This document shows positions 1 through 13,300 of a stretch of 64,000 bases of DNA, one piece after another (the first letter of the stretch is position 1; each line of letters begins with the position of its first letter). The notes below the pieces were generated by a model that was not told the DNA's origin, did not search any database, and saw nothing but the letters and a program-made list of their open reading frames with translations. The stretch is from Octopus sinensis. Its lineage: Eukaryota. Both the position numbers and the translations under genes were made by a program. The stretch spans positions 5,518,001-5,582,000 of the forward strand of contig NC_042997.1 in NCBI RefSeq assembly GCF_006345805.1. Reading direction: 5' to 3'.

Positions 1-584
1 CATCATCGTCACAATCATGGTCATCATCATCATCATCATTCACATCAGCTACTTCAGCGGTAATTACAGCAACAACGAGTTTGATATCAAATATATAAAT
101 TTCACCTAAATTAAACCTCACAGCGAGGAACGAAATGTAAGTATAGATTGGTCGAAAACTGGAAGGAACAAAACGTTACAACAACGACTCCTATAACGAA
201 TATAAGAACAATACATCAATAACAGCAACAACTACAACACAAGAATGGCATTATAATGTTTTCCTGGTACATCTAAAAGTAGAGTTCTCGCCAATTCAGG
301 AAAACCACGTAGCGAATAAGAAAAAACTGGATGTTCCGTTACTCGAAATATTTTCATCTTGCACAGTAGCTGCAATAACGAACCAGATCTAAATACAGTA
401 GCAGACGTTAGGAGCGTCTGTAAGTCATGAGGTGGGTAGCTGGAGGGGGATACGAATAATCCATTACTGTCATTATCAAGCTTTCTCTGCCAGAGATTAT
501 TCCTTCATGTCTGACCCAACTTAGAGACTATTTAAGAATTGTACATCATTTATCATAAGTTGTTTACTCTGATGTGATGAATAC

Positions 585-712
585 ACATACATACATACAT
601 ACATACACATACATACATACATACATACATACATACATACATACGTACGTACGTACTTACATACATATATAAATGCATGCATACATATACAGACACATAT
701 CTATACATATAT

Positions 713-745
<33 letters not shown>

Positions 746-774
746 CATGCACATACATATTCATATAAACATAC

Positions 775-817
<43 letters not shown>

Positions 818-910
818 CATACACATACATATATGTTGTGTGTGTACAGTGTGTGTTGTGTGTATTTATCAATGTGTGCATATATGTTTGTATACATACA
901 TAAACATACA
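585..910. repeat. Compound microsatellite (TACA)n/(TA)n/(CA)n
   Basis: Direct reading of tandem units; source of the spurious YI/CV/TH ORFs 553..1148. Confidence 0.95.
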
Positions 911-1594
911 CACACACACATACTGCAAATGTACATGTATCTATGTGGGTGAGTGAATAAGTATATATATACATCTCTGTCTTCCTTTCCATATATATGT
1001 GTGTGTGTGTACGTAAATGTATCACAATTGACTTTACTACTTTGTCATAACACGCATGAACTGAGTTATTTTGTTGTCTTAATATATGGTCATCAATGGC
1101 CATCATATAATCTCTCTTATACACTCTCGTATATAAATGTATGAACATCTAAATAAATTAATAAACGTATGCAGTGAGAGAGACACTTACAAATAGCAGT
1201 ATACAAGCACATACGCGTATTCATTTACTCATATTGTATGTAGTTTCGCATTTGTTAGTGCACTACATATATTTATCTATCTGTCTGTACATCTCTGTCT
1301 CTCTTTCTCTCTATCTATCCGTCTGTGTGTATGTGTATACACATATATATGTGTGTGTTTGTGTGTATATACATATATGTGTATGTATTTGTGTGTGTAG
1401 ACAGAGAGATAGAAAGACAGACAGACAGGCAGGTAGAAACACCGACAGATATCTAGACTGACATTTCGCACACGGCTTTAGCAGATTGCTCTATAATGTC
1501 AAACAACTTCAAGTTCAGCGCGGGCATTTAATAATACATAAAAGTATATATGTGTGGCTGGTATGCGCTGTAGGATGCTAGAATTATTTACAAG

Positions 1595-1773
1595 TTAGCA
1601 AGTTCGAAGAAGTGGGTAAGTCAGTTACATCGACTCCGGTGCTCAACTGGTCTTTAATTTATCCACCCCGAAATGGAATTTCTCGGCAGAATTTGAATTT
1701 GGAACGTAAAGACGGACGAATTGCCGCTAAACATTTTGCTCGGAGCGGTAACGATTCTACCAGGTTGCTGCCT
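1595..1773 (-). mobile_element. tRNA-headed SINE family A, diverged copy
   Basis: Reverse complement resembles the well-preserved copy at 16341-16554 (head, gagttcaaattc B box, gtcgatgtaa body). Confidence 0.75.
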
Positions 1774-1845
1774 TATACAAGTTATACTGAAATGTAAATG
1801 TATATATATCTAAATGTATGCATGCATATGAAAGTGTACGTAGAA

Positions 1846-1884
<39 letters not shown>

Positions 1885-1885
<1 letters not shown>

Positions 1886-2109
1886 TTTATTTTAAGCAGC
1901 AGAAAATTCAACAAAATCTGTTACTCTGAGTTTCTCGTTGCCGTTCATCAGACAGTTTTTGCTACCAAAAACTGTCTGATGAACGGCAACGAGAAACTCA
2001 GAGTAACAGATTTTGTTGAATTTTCTGCTGCTTAAAATAAAGCATATTACTCTACCACTGGTATTTGAGTACTCTTTTTTCCACCTTGTTTCACATTGTG
2101 TTTATCCGG

Positions 2110-2110
<1 letters not shown>
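1885..2110 (+). mobile_element. Fold-back PLE-like terminal element (family E): perfect 77-bp inverted repeat plus 3' extension
   Basis: 1885-1961 is the exact reverse complement of 1966-2042 (loop CTAC); extension 2043-2110; (TA)n on both sides; second copy at 49410-49638. Confidence 0.85.
1972..2009 (+). ncRNA. Minimal type-I hammerhead ribozyme motif (mirror copy on - strand at 1918-1955)
   Basis: ctgt-CTGATGA-a cg gcaa cg a-GAAAC-tcaga-GTA-acag: stem I ctgt/acag, intact core, GNRA-capped short stem II, near-palindromic stem III, GUA cleavage triplet. Confidence 0.75.
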
Positions 2111-2167
<57 letters not shown>

Positions 2168-2193
2168 GTATATATATATATATATATAAGTAT

Positions 2194-2431
2194 AGATGGG
2201 CTGGACACGTCGCCCGGCTCACCGATAATCACCGATAATGCCCGACTCACGCAGATTTCGAGTGGTACCCGCGTGAGCGGAAAGGACCACCCGGAATACC
2301 TCCACGACGGTGGTGTTACGATTTCATGTGGATGAGAAAGGCGCGATGCAGAGAGGAGTGGACAGCGTGCTGTGACCAGCGGTGTCAAATGGACGCCTGA
2401 CGGACTGGTCGGTCAAGGTGATCAAAGTGAT
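2194..2431 (+). mobile_element. RTE-clade LINE, 5'-truncated 3' end
   Basis: Translates RWAGHVARLTDN...EWYPRERKRPPG.PPRRW (with frameshifts), typical of an RTE ORF C-terminus; ends in short gtgatcaa-like repeats. Confidence 0.8.
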
Positions 2432-2974
2432 ATATATTAGTATATATGTCTATACTCACACACACAGACACGAACACGCAAACACACACACACGCACACA
2501 CTCATATGAGTTCACTTGTGTGCGCGGAATGGTTCTTATGTGGATGAATTGAAAGCAGTGACCTCATTGTGAGATTCAAATCTTCTTTTCTTGCAATCAT
2601 TACCATTCTGTAAGATTTTTACTATTAACAATATATTCCAATACAACAGTAGCATTAAAATTCATACTTGATATATTTCAGTTAAAACGATTGTATTATG
2701 AAATTTTCCCACTTATCACTTACGCCTTCACTTGCTCTCTTAAATACACATAAATACACGAATACAAGTATACATACATATGAACATACATACAGACACC
2801 ATGCACGCACATATTTACACACAAACACTTACATACAAGTTTACATGCAATATTAAGTAAAATAAATCTCAATACCAAATTACAGGGTACAGTACACACA
2901 CATAAACAAACATACATTCACACACATATATACACACATATATAACTTTATTATTATTTTCGTAGTTTTATCCT

Positions 2975-3237
2975 TTAGGTACTGAGATGGCAAAATCGTT
3001 GGTGTGTCGGACAAAATTTGCATCAGTATTTCTTTCGGTGCTTTGAGTTCTGAGATGAAATACTGCCTAGGTCAGCTCTGCATATTTTTTTCTCTCTCGT
3101 GGTCAATAAAATAAGTACCCGCTGAGATCAGGGATCGATGTAATTGAATAACGCCCCCTCCTAAACTTTCAATCCTAATATAAATATTTGAAATCATTAT
3201 TATTACGAGTACATTATTATTATTATTATCATTCTTC

Positions 3238-3290
<53 letters not shown>
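2975..3290 (+). mobile_element. SINE family A (diverged) with (TAT)n tail
   Basis: tggcaaaatcgtt A-box-like head, aaataagtacc/gatcgatgtaat body, followed by (TAT)n to ~3290. Confidence 0.7.
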
Positions 3291-3292
<2 letters not shown>

Positions 3293-5464
3293 ACCGACGT
3301 AACTTGATAACTGCTAATTTTACCTTACCAAGTTTGTATTATTTTATATATGTATATGTTTTTCTTTTAAAATGTGTAACCGAATAGTTTTTTTTTTTAC
3401 TGTGTTTCAACAGTAGGGTGTTAAATATACAAGTATAACAGTACAGCAAATTAAGATATTCCCTTTTAGTGAACTTTTAACTCTACCTGCTGATAACCCG
3501 AAAATTCAATCCATATTGTTACTAACCCATGCTCAATTTTAGGGTACAAAATCCTCGATTGCAGAGAGACTATTTCCTTTGTTGTGTTCTAATGCAATGA
3601 TATACTATCACCCGCCTATATTTACACTATGTAGTCATGCTCTACACGCAAAACGGTATACCAAATCGGTTATCACTATACATCGTAACTAACATCGTTG
3701 GAAAGGTAGCAGCACAGGACTCGGACCACCTGACGATGACGTCGTGTCTGCTCTACCACGTGGAACATACAAGGAAAGAATCGCTGTCGCTTCGAAGCTA
3801 AATATCTACGTTAGTTCAACGTACTGTTGGAACTTCAAAATATACATCGGAAATACGTTGCAAAATTTCGTTTAAATCCTTTTTTTTTTTCCGTGGGTAT
3901 GTTTAAATCGTCTTTTCCGTGGGTATGTGTAAATAGAACAGCTTTGAGCCACCTTGAAATTGAAATACTTCCAACTTCAAATACATGTATTGAGTACTAC
4001 TTTCTTTTATTTGTTCTTGCTCTCTTATATGAGAGCGCATGAGTGTACACCCAGACATATATGATTGCCCAGAGTCAAACGTTAAGTGTTGAATATATCC
4101 CAAAGAAAGATATACTACTTGTGCGTTTGTGTGTATGTGTTCTCGTGAACAAACATACTTTTCTTTGGATGAGTCATTTATAACTTTTTATGTGAATAAT
4201 AACTACAGTTTGCATTCGGAATGAGTAAAATTAAATTAAGTGTAATTAATAAGGGAGAAAATCGAATAAGATTAAAGTGTGTTAGACTCTTATTACCTCA
4301 GACATTGATTTTGTTTACATGTTAATAATTTACACACGTCCAAATAAACTGGCACAAGCGAAAAAAAAACCCCAAAAAACTAAAGGATACTCGAAACAAA
4401 CCGGTGAGAGCACGAGGTTTCTTCTACAAGTCAGAAATTTGGTTTAATTCAGTTAAAATAATGAATTTTAGGAGAGCGAAATTTTAAGAAACAAATACAT
4501 CCGAAAGTTTATGGACTTAGATAAACTGAATAGTGTCGGTACTCTGAGAAGTTAAAGACAGTGGAATTTGTTTTTGGCTTAGAATAGCATTCTAAATTAA
4601 ATAAGTTAGCATATTGCAAATGGCTTGTACAAAAATTACTATTTTCGGATGGATTTTTTCAACTGACTTTTAAATATCTTTAATCTAAGAACAACAGCGT
4701 TCACCTTGGTCTGAGAGAATGAAAATATAATATTATTAGGAAAATTCAATATTACTTTGAAAATTCAATATTGTTTGTAAAATTCAATATCTCTGGAAGT
4801 ATTTCGGTTCACTAATGTCATGTTTACATAGCATGTTGACTATTCTAACCAAGCTCCTAAAATAACAGATGTTACTGATATACTAAAAACAAGAAACAAT
4901 TCTGGATTTTCTTCTGTTGATTATGGTGCTCGGATTAGAGAGACACGTGATGACAGGTGTTACAACAGTAACTATCGCATCTTCTTTCTCTCCGATTACA
5001 TCATTGAAAACTTTCTTGACTGTAAAGACAGTAGAGTTGTGATTTGAGGAGATATGGCTGTTACAATTCGCTTGTCATGCAATCCACTAGATTTAAACAT
5101 CATTATAGTGTCGAAGACTATGTTCGGTTTTGTAAACATGATAGCTGAAAGAACGAAAAGAAGGTAACGAAATCTCTCTTAATTTTAGTTAACTTAGGAA
5201 GAGGATTTTGAGTGAATTGTTTTAAGTAACCAAGAATTTAGATAACATTGTAAAGCTGGGTTTTCCAGGAACATTTCCAACGTTCTTTGAGAGATGTATT
5301 AGAAACAGTCATTCTTGAGTGGCCAAGTGTTAGCCATGACTAAATAAAGAAAGAAAGAAAATTGAAAGTGGATCACAAGCATGAATTGTCACAATCTTAC
5401 CGCAACTCTAGAGTAAAAGTCTTCACTCTACATCTACCAAAAATAATGATAGAATAATAATTAT

Positions 5465-5465
5465 G

Positions 5466-5512
<47 letters not shown>

Positions 5513-5550
5513 CGTCGTTGTAGTTGTAGTAGTAGTAGTAGTAGTAGTAG
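5465..5550. repeat. (TAG)n microsatellite
   Basis: Direct tandem reading. Confidence 0.95.
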
Positions 5551-5829
5551 GGTAAAATTATATATTTTGAAAATTGTATTTGTTTATTCACTTACAACGT
5601 TTGCCTAATTGAAAGAAAGTTGTTACACATTAAAAAATAATTCTCTATTTGAATCGAGTCGGTCACTACGTGCAGATTCAGAAATAATACAACTAATCAT
5701 GACAGCCGAAGTAAAATGTAGATGGAACTACTATAAAACATTTTTATTTCAAAATAATTTTAATGATTCAAAAAACAACAATAGGTACAAGGCTTGAAGT
5801 TTTCGGGGAAGGGGCTAACTAATATCTAT

Positions 5830-6185
5830 ATTCTTTTCTACTCTAGGCACAAGGCTCGAAATTTTGGAGGAGGGGGCCATTCGATTAGATCGACCCCAGT
5901 ACGTGTTTCGTACTTAATTTATCGACCCCGAAATATGAAAGGCAAAGTCGACCTCGGCGGAATTTGACGTAGCAGCAGACGAAATACCTATTTCTTTACT
6001 ACTCACAAGGGGCTAAACACAGAGAGGACAAAAAAGGACAGAGAAACGGGTTAGGTCGATTGTATCGACTCGATGACAGGCAAAGTCGACCTCGGTGGAA
6101 TTTGAACTCAGAACATGAAGACAGATGGAACACCACTAAGCATTTCGTCCGGCGGGCTAACTCTTCTGCCAGCTCACCGCCTTAA
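5830..6185 (-). mobile_element. SINE family A dimer: tail-type-2 unit joined to the 3' part of a tail-type-1 unit
   Basis: Two aggcaaagtcgacctcgg blocks; junction gaaatac|ctatttctttact at 5987/5988; same junction at 55750/55751. Confidence 0.85.
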
Positions 6186-7408
6186 CTGGCATTGTATGTT
6201 AATCGGCAGTGAAATGGCGAATGGTGGCATTAGGAGTCGGCATACAGAGTCTTAAGAAATTCCGTTAAGCATTTTCTCCGACGTGCTAACCATTCTTGCG
6301 GCTCACTGCCTTAACTTACCAAGTGATATCGTAATGATATCAAGAATAAATTATTTAAGGCCTTTTAACATTTAAAATATGTTATGCAATTTCACCAACG
6401 TTAGAACTACGTCAATACCTCTTTTAATTGTCGGTGGGTGGTGTTCTCTTAGCCTGATTGTAAGAAGAGGGGAAGTCAAACTGGTTACCTGACGAAAATA
6501 TTTTTCACGGAGTGAATTCCGCTAAATACACGTCCCAAAAACGGATGAAGGTATTCAACCTGGAAAGGATTACGTCTACAAGCCTAAAACTCAGTGTACT
6601 AAGAGCAAGAACAAATACAGCTGAGATTTCACTTTATGTGCTAACAATTCCGACAATCCACCGCTATAGATTTGTAATTATATTGATTTGTAAAATAAGG
6701 CAAACTCGAATTAGTAAAATAAGGAAAAGTCGTATTCAGTGAGATTTGAACTTCGAGCGCAAAGGAATTGGACAAATAAGACAAAGTATTTTGTCATACG
6801 CTCTAACAGTTCCTTCAAGTCGTCACTTGAACGGTGTCAAATTTTTATCTTTTTATTGTTTTATTTGATCCCTTGAATTAGTTTTGGCTAGGAGAAATTT
6901 TCAATAGCCAATGAAATGTGATTATTTATTTTATGTAGCACCGACACGATTTATAGGTAATGTTAATTTTTGCAGCAGTATACCAACACATATTTCGATT
7001 GTGGAGAGGTTAACCGATAGCCTTTTAATAACTAAGTTTCATGAAGTGGAAGAGGGTCCATTACTTTTTGCATCGTATCGAGAATTGCAGGGCAAACGAG
7101 AAGACTACACTTTAATACCGATCACAAACCTAGTGAAAATGTTTGCGCATGTTGCCTTAAAGTTATTCAAGAGACACGTTATAATGTTTAATCGAACGAT
7201 GCATTAAGCCTATCAGGATCATGCACAATCTTTTATGTGCATCCGAATGCCTTCCAACTATCTAATTTCATCCACCCGAAATTTCCATACAATACACTTG
7301 ATAGGGTTCGGTACAATATGAACGAACCAGCAAGAAACGGCAACTGAACAAAACAAAACAACATGATAACTTTCCCTACACGAATTGACCGCAGTTCAGG
7401 AAGTTAAT

Positions 7409-7450
<42 letters not shown>

Positions 7451-7533
7451 GCCAATTGTGTAATATAGTAATTCTTCTAAGTGGTTACCTTGTGAAACGC
7501 ACTTAGTGCACTGCAGCGTTCAAAGCACTTTTT

Positions 7534-7691
7534 CGGCTTGCCGATCGGTAGCATATCGACTTTGGTATCCAGGATTTGTTATTTCATTGGAATATGAACA
7601 TATATTTCAACATTGGCCTGTATTAAAAACAGAGGAACTGCATGACCGAATGATAGCTACTATATTTTTACGGTCCCTGAAACATATTGTC
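7534..7691 (+). repeat. Interspersed repeat, second copy of 10267-10422 (probable PLE 3'/terminal-repeat segment)
   Basis: Roughly 85-90% identical by eye to 10267-10422, same orientation; the other copy lies just downstream of a GIY-YIG C-terminal relic. Confidence 0.65.
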
Positions 7692-8816
7692 AGAGCTTTA
7701 AGTTTTCCAATGTTTTACAAGAGAGATCAAGTGCACTCAGCTATTACGAAAGTGTTTAGGAAAACTGATACTGAATAACCGTAGAATGTTAGTTTTTATT
7801 GATGAACCCAGTTCACTCTCCAGGATCGATGGCCATTTTACATAATGTTATTTTCTGCTTTATTGAATAACTGTGTTCTACACAAAAATCAATGTCAAGT
7901 AGAATCTTTGAAATCGCTAAAGATAATTACTGTATCGGTTTAATTGAATACACTATTATTCTAAGTTACAAAACGAAATCCTTGTAAATGCCTGGTGGCA
8001 ATACATTCGACGGTTTACATCCCCCAAACTGGTGTCAGTTCAAAGCTCACTTGATTCAACTTTGCGTTTTATTCTTTCGTAATTTGCACACTAAAACATC
8101 AATTTGCCCTACGCACTTACTTTACATTAAAGAAGCAAATAAAAAAAAGTATTCACTAATTATTGCGCGCTTCGAAAAAGATATATATATATGTATATAT
8201 ATATATATGGCTGTTTGTTTAAATATAAACTAGAAAACATACTGACTATTTTGACATGTTAGAAATCGCTTTATAAGTTAGATACAAAGAAGTGTCGGTG
8301 AAAAGATAAAGGCCTTTCGTGTTCGAATCACGCTGAAGTCGTTTTGCTGTATATCAAAAGACGACGAAATGAAGTACCAGTAAAAATATGGGATCAATAA
8401 AATCGATCAGGGACATTTCTAATTTTTGGAGTGGGCATACTTTAAGAGTTTGGATTTTCAATTTACGCTTATGTAAAAAAAAAAATAGATGGAAATTCTA
8501 GATAATGACAATGTATTTGGCCCTTTATGTTAATTATGGTGCTCTTCACTCAAGTATTACAAAACAACGCCAAATAGCTTGAATATGCTTATCGATTCAA
8601 TAGTATCCTTCATAAAGTTTCTATAAAAGATAGGGAACCCTTCGATAACAAGAGAGCAAATATAATACCAGAACATGTGTGTGTGTGTGTGTGTTTATAT
8701 TTATTATTTTACCTATTCCAATCGTTTTACTGTGGCCTTGATGTAGCACTGACTTGAAGAATTTTAGTTGAATGAATCTTCCCCAATATATCTATCTATC
8801 CTCTATCTATCATTCA

Positions 8817-8883
<67 letters not shown>

Positions 8884-9463
8884 CACACACACGTATATAT
8901 ATCTATATACACACACACATATATATATATATACATATATATATACACACACATATATATATATATATATATACATATATATACATACATATATAAATAA
9001 ATATATATAAGTAGGGAGAGCGAGAGAATATAAGTACTGAGTGACCTAACTGATTTTTTCAGTCTCAGTAACAATAGAGTATTAACTAATTTAATTTTTT
9101 CACGCTTATAACCAGGTAATGTTAACTTTTTCGTATTCTATTTTCGGGACTATTGCACTTGATGTTTTAAATAATAATGAAAAAACAACGAATAGTTTCT
9201 ACTATTACTGCTACTTCTACAAACCAAATTCAAACAATATCTAGTTCTCTACACGAATTTAACCGATATGTAAATTAAGCATATAAACACGCTTACAAAA
9301 ATCGTTAAATAAGCATTATTTGTAGTGGTGACTCTTTGAGGAGCAAATTTCAGTTATGGTCTAATATGTCACTGTGTAATTGTTTATCGTAATACGTTTA
9401 ACACTTTCTTATTGTGCACGTCTCAGAAATCATAAATATTTCTTAACCGAATCAAGTGATCCA

Positions 9464-9872
9464 GGAGTGGCTGCGTGGTAAGTAGCTTGCTAACCAACCA
9501 CATGGTTCCGGGTTCAGTCCCACTGCGTGGCATCTTGGGCAAGTGTCTTCTGCTATAGCCCCGGGCCGACCAATGCCTTGTGAGTGGATTTGGTAGACGG
9601 AAACTGAAAGAAGCCTGTCGTATATATGTATATAAGTATAAGTGTGAGTGTATATGTTTGTGTGTCTGTGTTTGTCCCCCTAGCATTGCTTGACAACCGA
9701 TGCTGGTGTGTTTACGTCCCTGTCACTTAGCGGTTCGGCAAAAGAGACCGATAGAAAAAGTACTGGGCTTACAAAGAATAAGTCCCGGGGTCGATTTGCT
9801 CAACTAAAGGCGGTGCTCCAGCATGGCAGCAGTCAAATGACTGAAACAAGTAAAAAAGTAAAAGATTAAGAG
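9464..9872 (+). mobile_element. tRNA-headed CORE-like SINE family B, full length
   Basis: Head ggagtggctgcgtggtaag, B box gggttcagtccc, CORE-like cttgggcaagtgtcttc, central TA/TG tract, 3' end actgaaacaagtaaaaaagtaaaaga. Confidence 0.9.
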
Positions 9873-10430
9873 TATACAGGTCTCACTCAACATATTTGCA
9901 ATCTGAAGGACAGCAATATATTGCATATCATTAAGTGGGACATCGTAGAGAGATTCAGGCCGTACACTAATAACAAAACAGTGCATGCTATGTATACCTG
10001 AAAGAGCGCATGCCTTTAGCAGATCGAAGAATTGCGCTGACCTTCTAAATTGAAGATCAGATAGTTTTACAAGATGTATGCGTCTCAGCAAATACCTTAC
10101 TACTCCGCTAAACATAGCTTTTCGATTGCTTTTCTAAAGTGTAAACACTTAATATTAACTTGTTACATGGACATGCCTTTATATTCCTTTCCATAAAACG
10201 TGTCTTCTCATTGATTCCATGTAATTATTTCTTGTTTCATTCTGTCGCACTTCTTCATTGAGGAATCGGCTTGTCGATCGCTAGCATATCAACTTTGGTG
10301 TCCAGGATTTGTCATTTCATTGAAATATGAGTATATATTTCAACACTGGCGTGCATTAAAAACAGAAGAACTGCATGACCGAATGATAGCTACTATATTT
10401 TTACGGTACCTGAACCATATCGCCAAACCC
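9872..10430 (+). mobile_element. Degenerate Penelope-like element 3' part (GIY-YIG C-terminal extension)
   Basis: Frameshifted translation EYTGLTQHICNLKDSNILHIIKWDIVERFRPYTNN / KQCMLCIPER...LLN*RS..TRCMRLSKYL matches the PLE endonuclease tail pattern T.LS.HIW.LK...IKW.I...C.LC..EK...LLN.RS...C.H.NK. Confidence 0.65.
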
Positions 10431-10442
10431 ATCCAATTACTG

Positions 10443-10740
<298 letters not shown>

Positions 10741-11497
10741 CATACAATATAGTATCTTTATTCGAAAAGAAAAGTGAAATGTCTCAATGTAAATACTATA
10801 AAACTTTCGGTAATGAATATAGCGTAATATATGAAACGTGCTACCAATTTATAATAACGATGTATTCTTACTGTTTTGCTTTTACACAGAAAATTATGCG
10901 TCAGCATTTGCTTCATAATTCATTTAACTTCCCATTAGTATTTTATAAATCTTTTTGAACCAGTAGATATATACGAAACGACAACATATTTTTTTTAAAA
11001 GATATCATACATGAATGAGATTCAATGTCTCTTGTAAAACAAACTTCTATATGTAATAGGAATACGAAGATAGATTTGTTATTATGACTGACGAAATATG
11101 ATATTTTAATGTTTTCTTGTGTCAATCCCTGTCGTGCGATTGTAATTATAAGTGTGTTCGAGGTCTATTATGAAAACATATAAATAAATATGAACGAATA
11201 AAAATAGTTTTTCTGCTATGATGCACACATTCACTTATACTCTAACCCATATACAAAATGTCTTCGATAGTTAAAGAAGTAATTATGCAAGAATGCGTTT
11301 TGTATCTACTAAATCCGATTGTCTACTTTTCCGGTATGTGATGGAATGGCCTAGTGCCTCTGTTTGTTTGTCTGTCTGTCTGTCTCTTTCTCTCACTCTC
11401 TTTCTTACTCTTTCTTCTTTTCTCTCACTTTCTCCACCTCCACTGTCTCCTTTTCTCTGTCTGCCTCTCTGTCTCTCTGTCTCTGTCTGTCTGGCTG

Positions 11498-11557
<60 letters not shown>

Positions 11558-12829
11558 CATACATTCACATACACACATGTCATCTAATAAGCATAATATG
11601 TGTTTTAAGGCGCCACTATTAGTTTCTTGCAATGAAAGCATCTCAAACAGTACTTATTAACATTTCTGTTGCCTTAGCGCAATCTTCAGACAATGCCCAC
11701 GTGATGTTGCCTACACACGTTGACAGCTCATGGCTAGGTATAGTCATAAATATTGTCAAGTCATTAGGAGTAGTAAATTAGGCACAGAGTAACTGTCTAT
11801 AAAAGCAGGATGGGTATGGGGAAGTCACCAAATCATGATGCTAATTACAAGTTAATATAATATATGATATAATGTGTGTGTGAATTCACGCGCTCACTGA
11901 TTTTGTCCAATGAGTTTTCTAGGTGTATAATCCCACCAACAAAATTCAGAACATTTTTCGACTGCAGGATTGCTTCAAACCAATTGTCTTGCATCAGTTG
12001 TTTTATATGTTTACTTAAGGTTTCATGCCATACAAATTAATTGAAAACATTATTGCGATGAGAAATTTTTAAATATGAACAAACATGTTTAATACATATA
12101 CGCATGCATTTATGCACTTATATACACTTTGGTGGATATATATGTATATACATACAGTTGTGTTTGTGATGTTTGTGCATTTATATATGTACAAGTTGGT
12201 TAACATTAATAGGAAGTTTGCATAAAACATAAATCAAATTATTAAATTATGTAATACTTACATTATTATCTTAAATGTTGAATGCTTGCATACCTGCAAT
12301 TAAATAATGAAAATAACATTATCGCAAGCATAAATTACTTACTAAATATACATTGCATATGTAGAATAATATTTCAACAAATCATCTTATCTGTACAAAC
12401 TAGCGCAGCACATCATTCCCGTGTGATATATACAGTACCCATTTTCCACTCCCTTCAAACACTGTGATACTGAATATATTCTAGCTGGTGTTTGGTACAC
12501 GCTAAATGTATAGATCAAAACTGAATGGAAGCAATTCACACCTTCGAACTCGTATAGAAACGTCTAGCTATTTATCTATCAGTGTATGTGTGTGTGTGAG
12601 TGTGTGTGAGTGTGTGTGTTTGTGTGGGTGTGTGTGAGTGTGTGTGTGTGAGAAAGACATATTTTAACTAAGTTCAAGTTCATTTATTCCTAATCATGGC
12701 TTTGCGCTGATGCTATTTTGTTCTCGATCATGCTGTTCAGCAGCGCAACACATTCACTGATACTCACTATTATTTATCTAAAGCTATGGCTTTGAATTTG
12801 GCCATGGTTAAATGTCTTTGGTATTTCTT

Positions 12830-13067
12830 AATCACTGCTTAGTGCCGTCAGTGATTGGACTGCAGCTATACTTGGGTGCCACCAAAAAGGTTTCACTCTA
12901 CCAAACCCCAACCAGTACTGATATTTTTTTCTGGTACATATTTTATCTTCTTTTATGATGAACCTCAAGGTAAGAGGAAGGTAAACAAACCAGCACCTAA
13001 CGTCATGTGGTGGACACAAACAGAAAGAGATGCAATTATATACACATACCCGCAAATAATTTTTTAC

Positions 13068-13166
<99 letters not shown>

Positions 13167-13300
13167 TATACGACAAATTTCTAAACAGTTCTCATTCAAC
13201 CAATTCATTTACAGTGGAACTTGTTGAACGTGAGCTATAGCAGAACACCAAGCCAGGTAGAGAGATTGAAACAGGAATAACATTTTTGCAAAGCGAACAA
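12830..13300 (-). mobile_element. SINE family B, diverged, with expanded central (TA)n (13068-13165)
   Basis: The 3' half (12830-13065) and 5' half (13165-13300) align in reverse to 9464-9872. Confidence 0.7.

Noticed and set aside
553-1148. Long ORFs rich in YI/CV/TH/LS (here and dozens more across the window)
   Set aside because: They are translations of (TA)n, (CA)n, (GA)n and (TACA)n microsatellites, which lack stops in some frames; not genes.
4832-5048. Start-less ~72-codon open frame after a possible TAG acceptor
   Set aside because: No recognisable homology; open frames of this length are expected many times by chance in 64 kb of six-frame AT-rich DNA.
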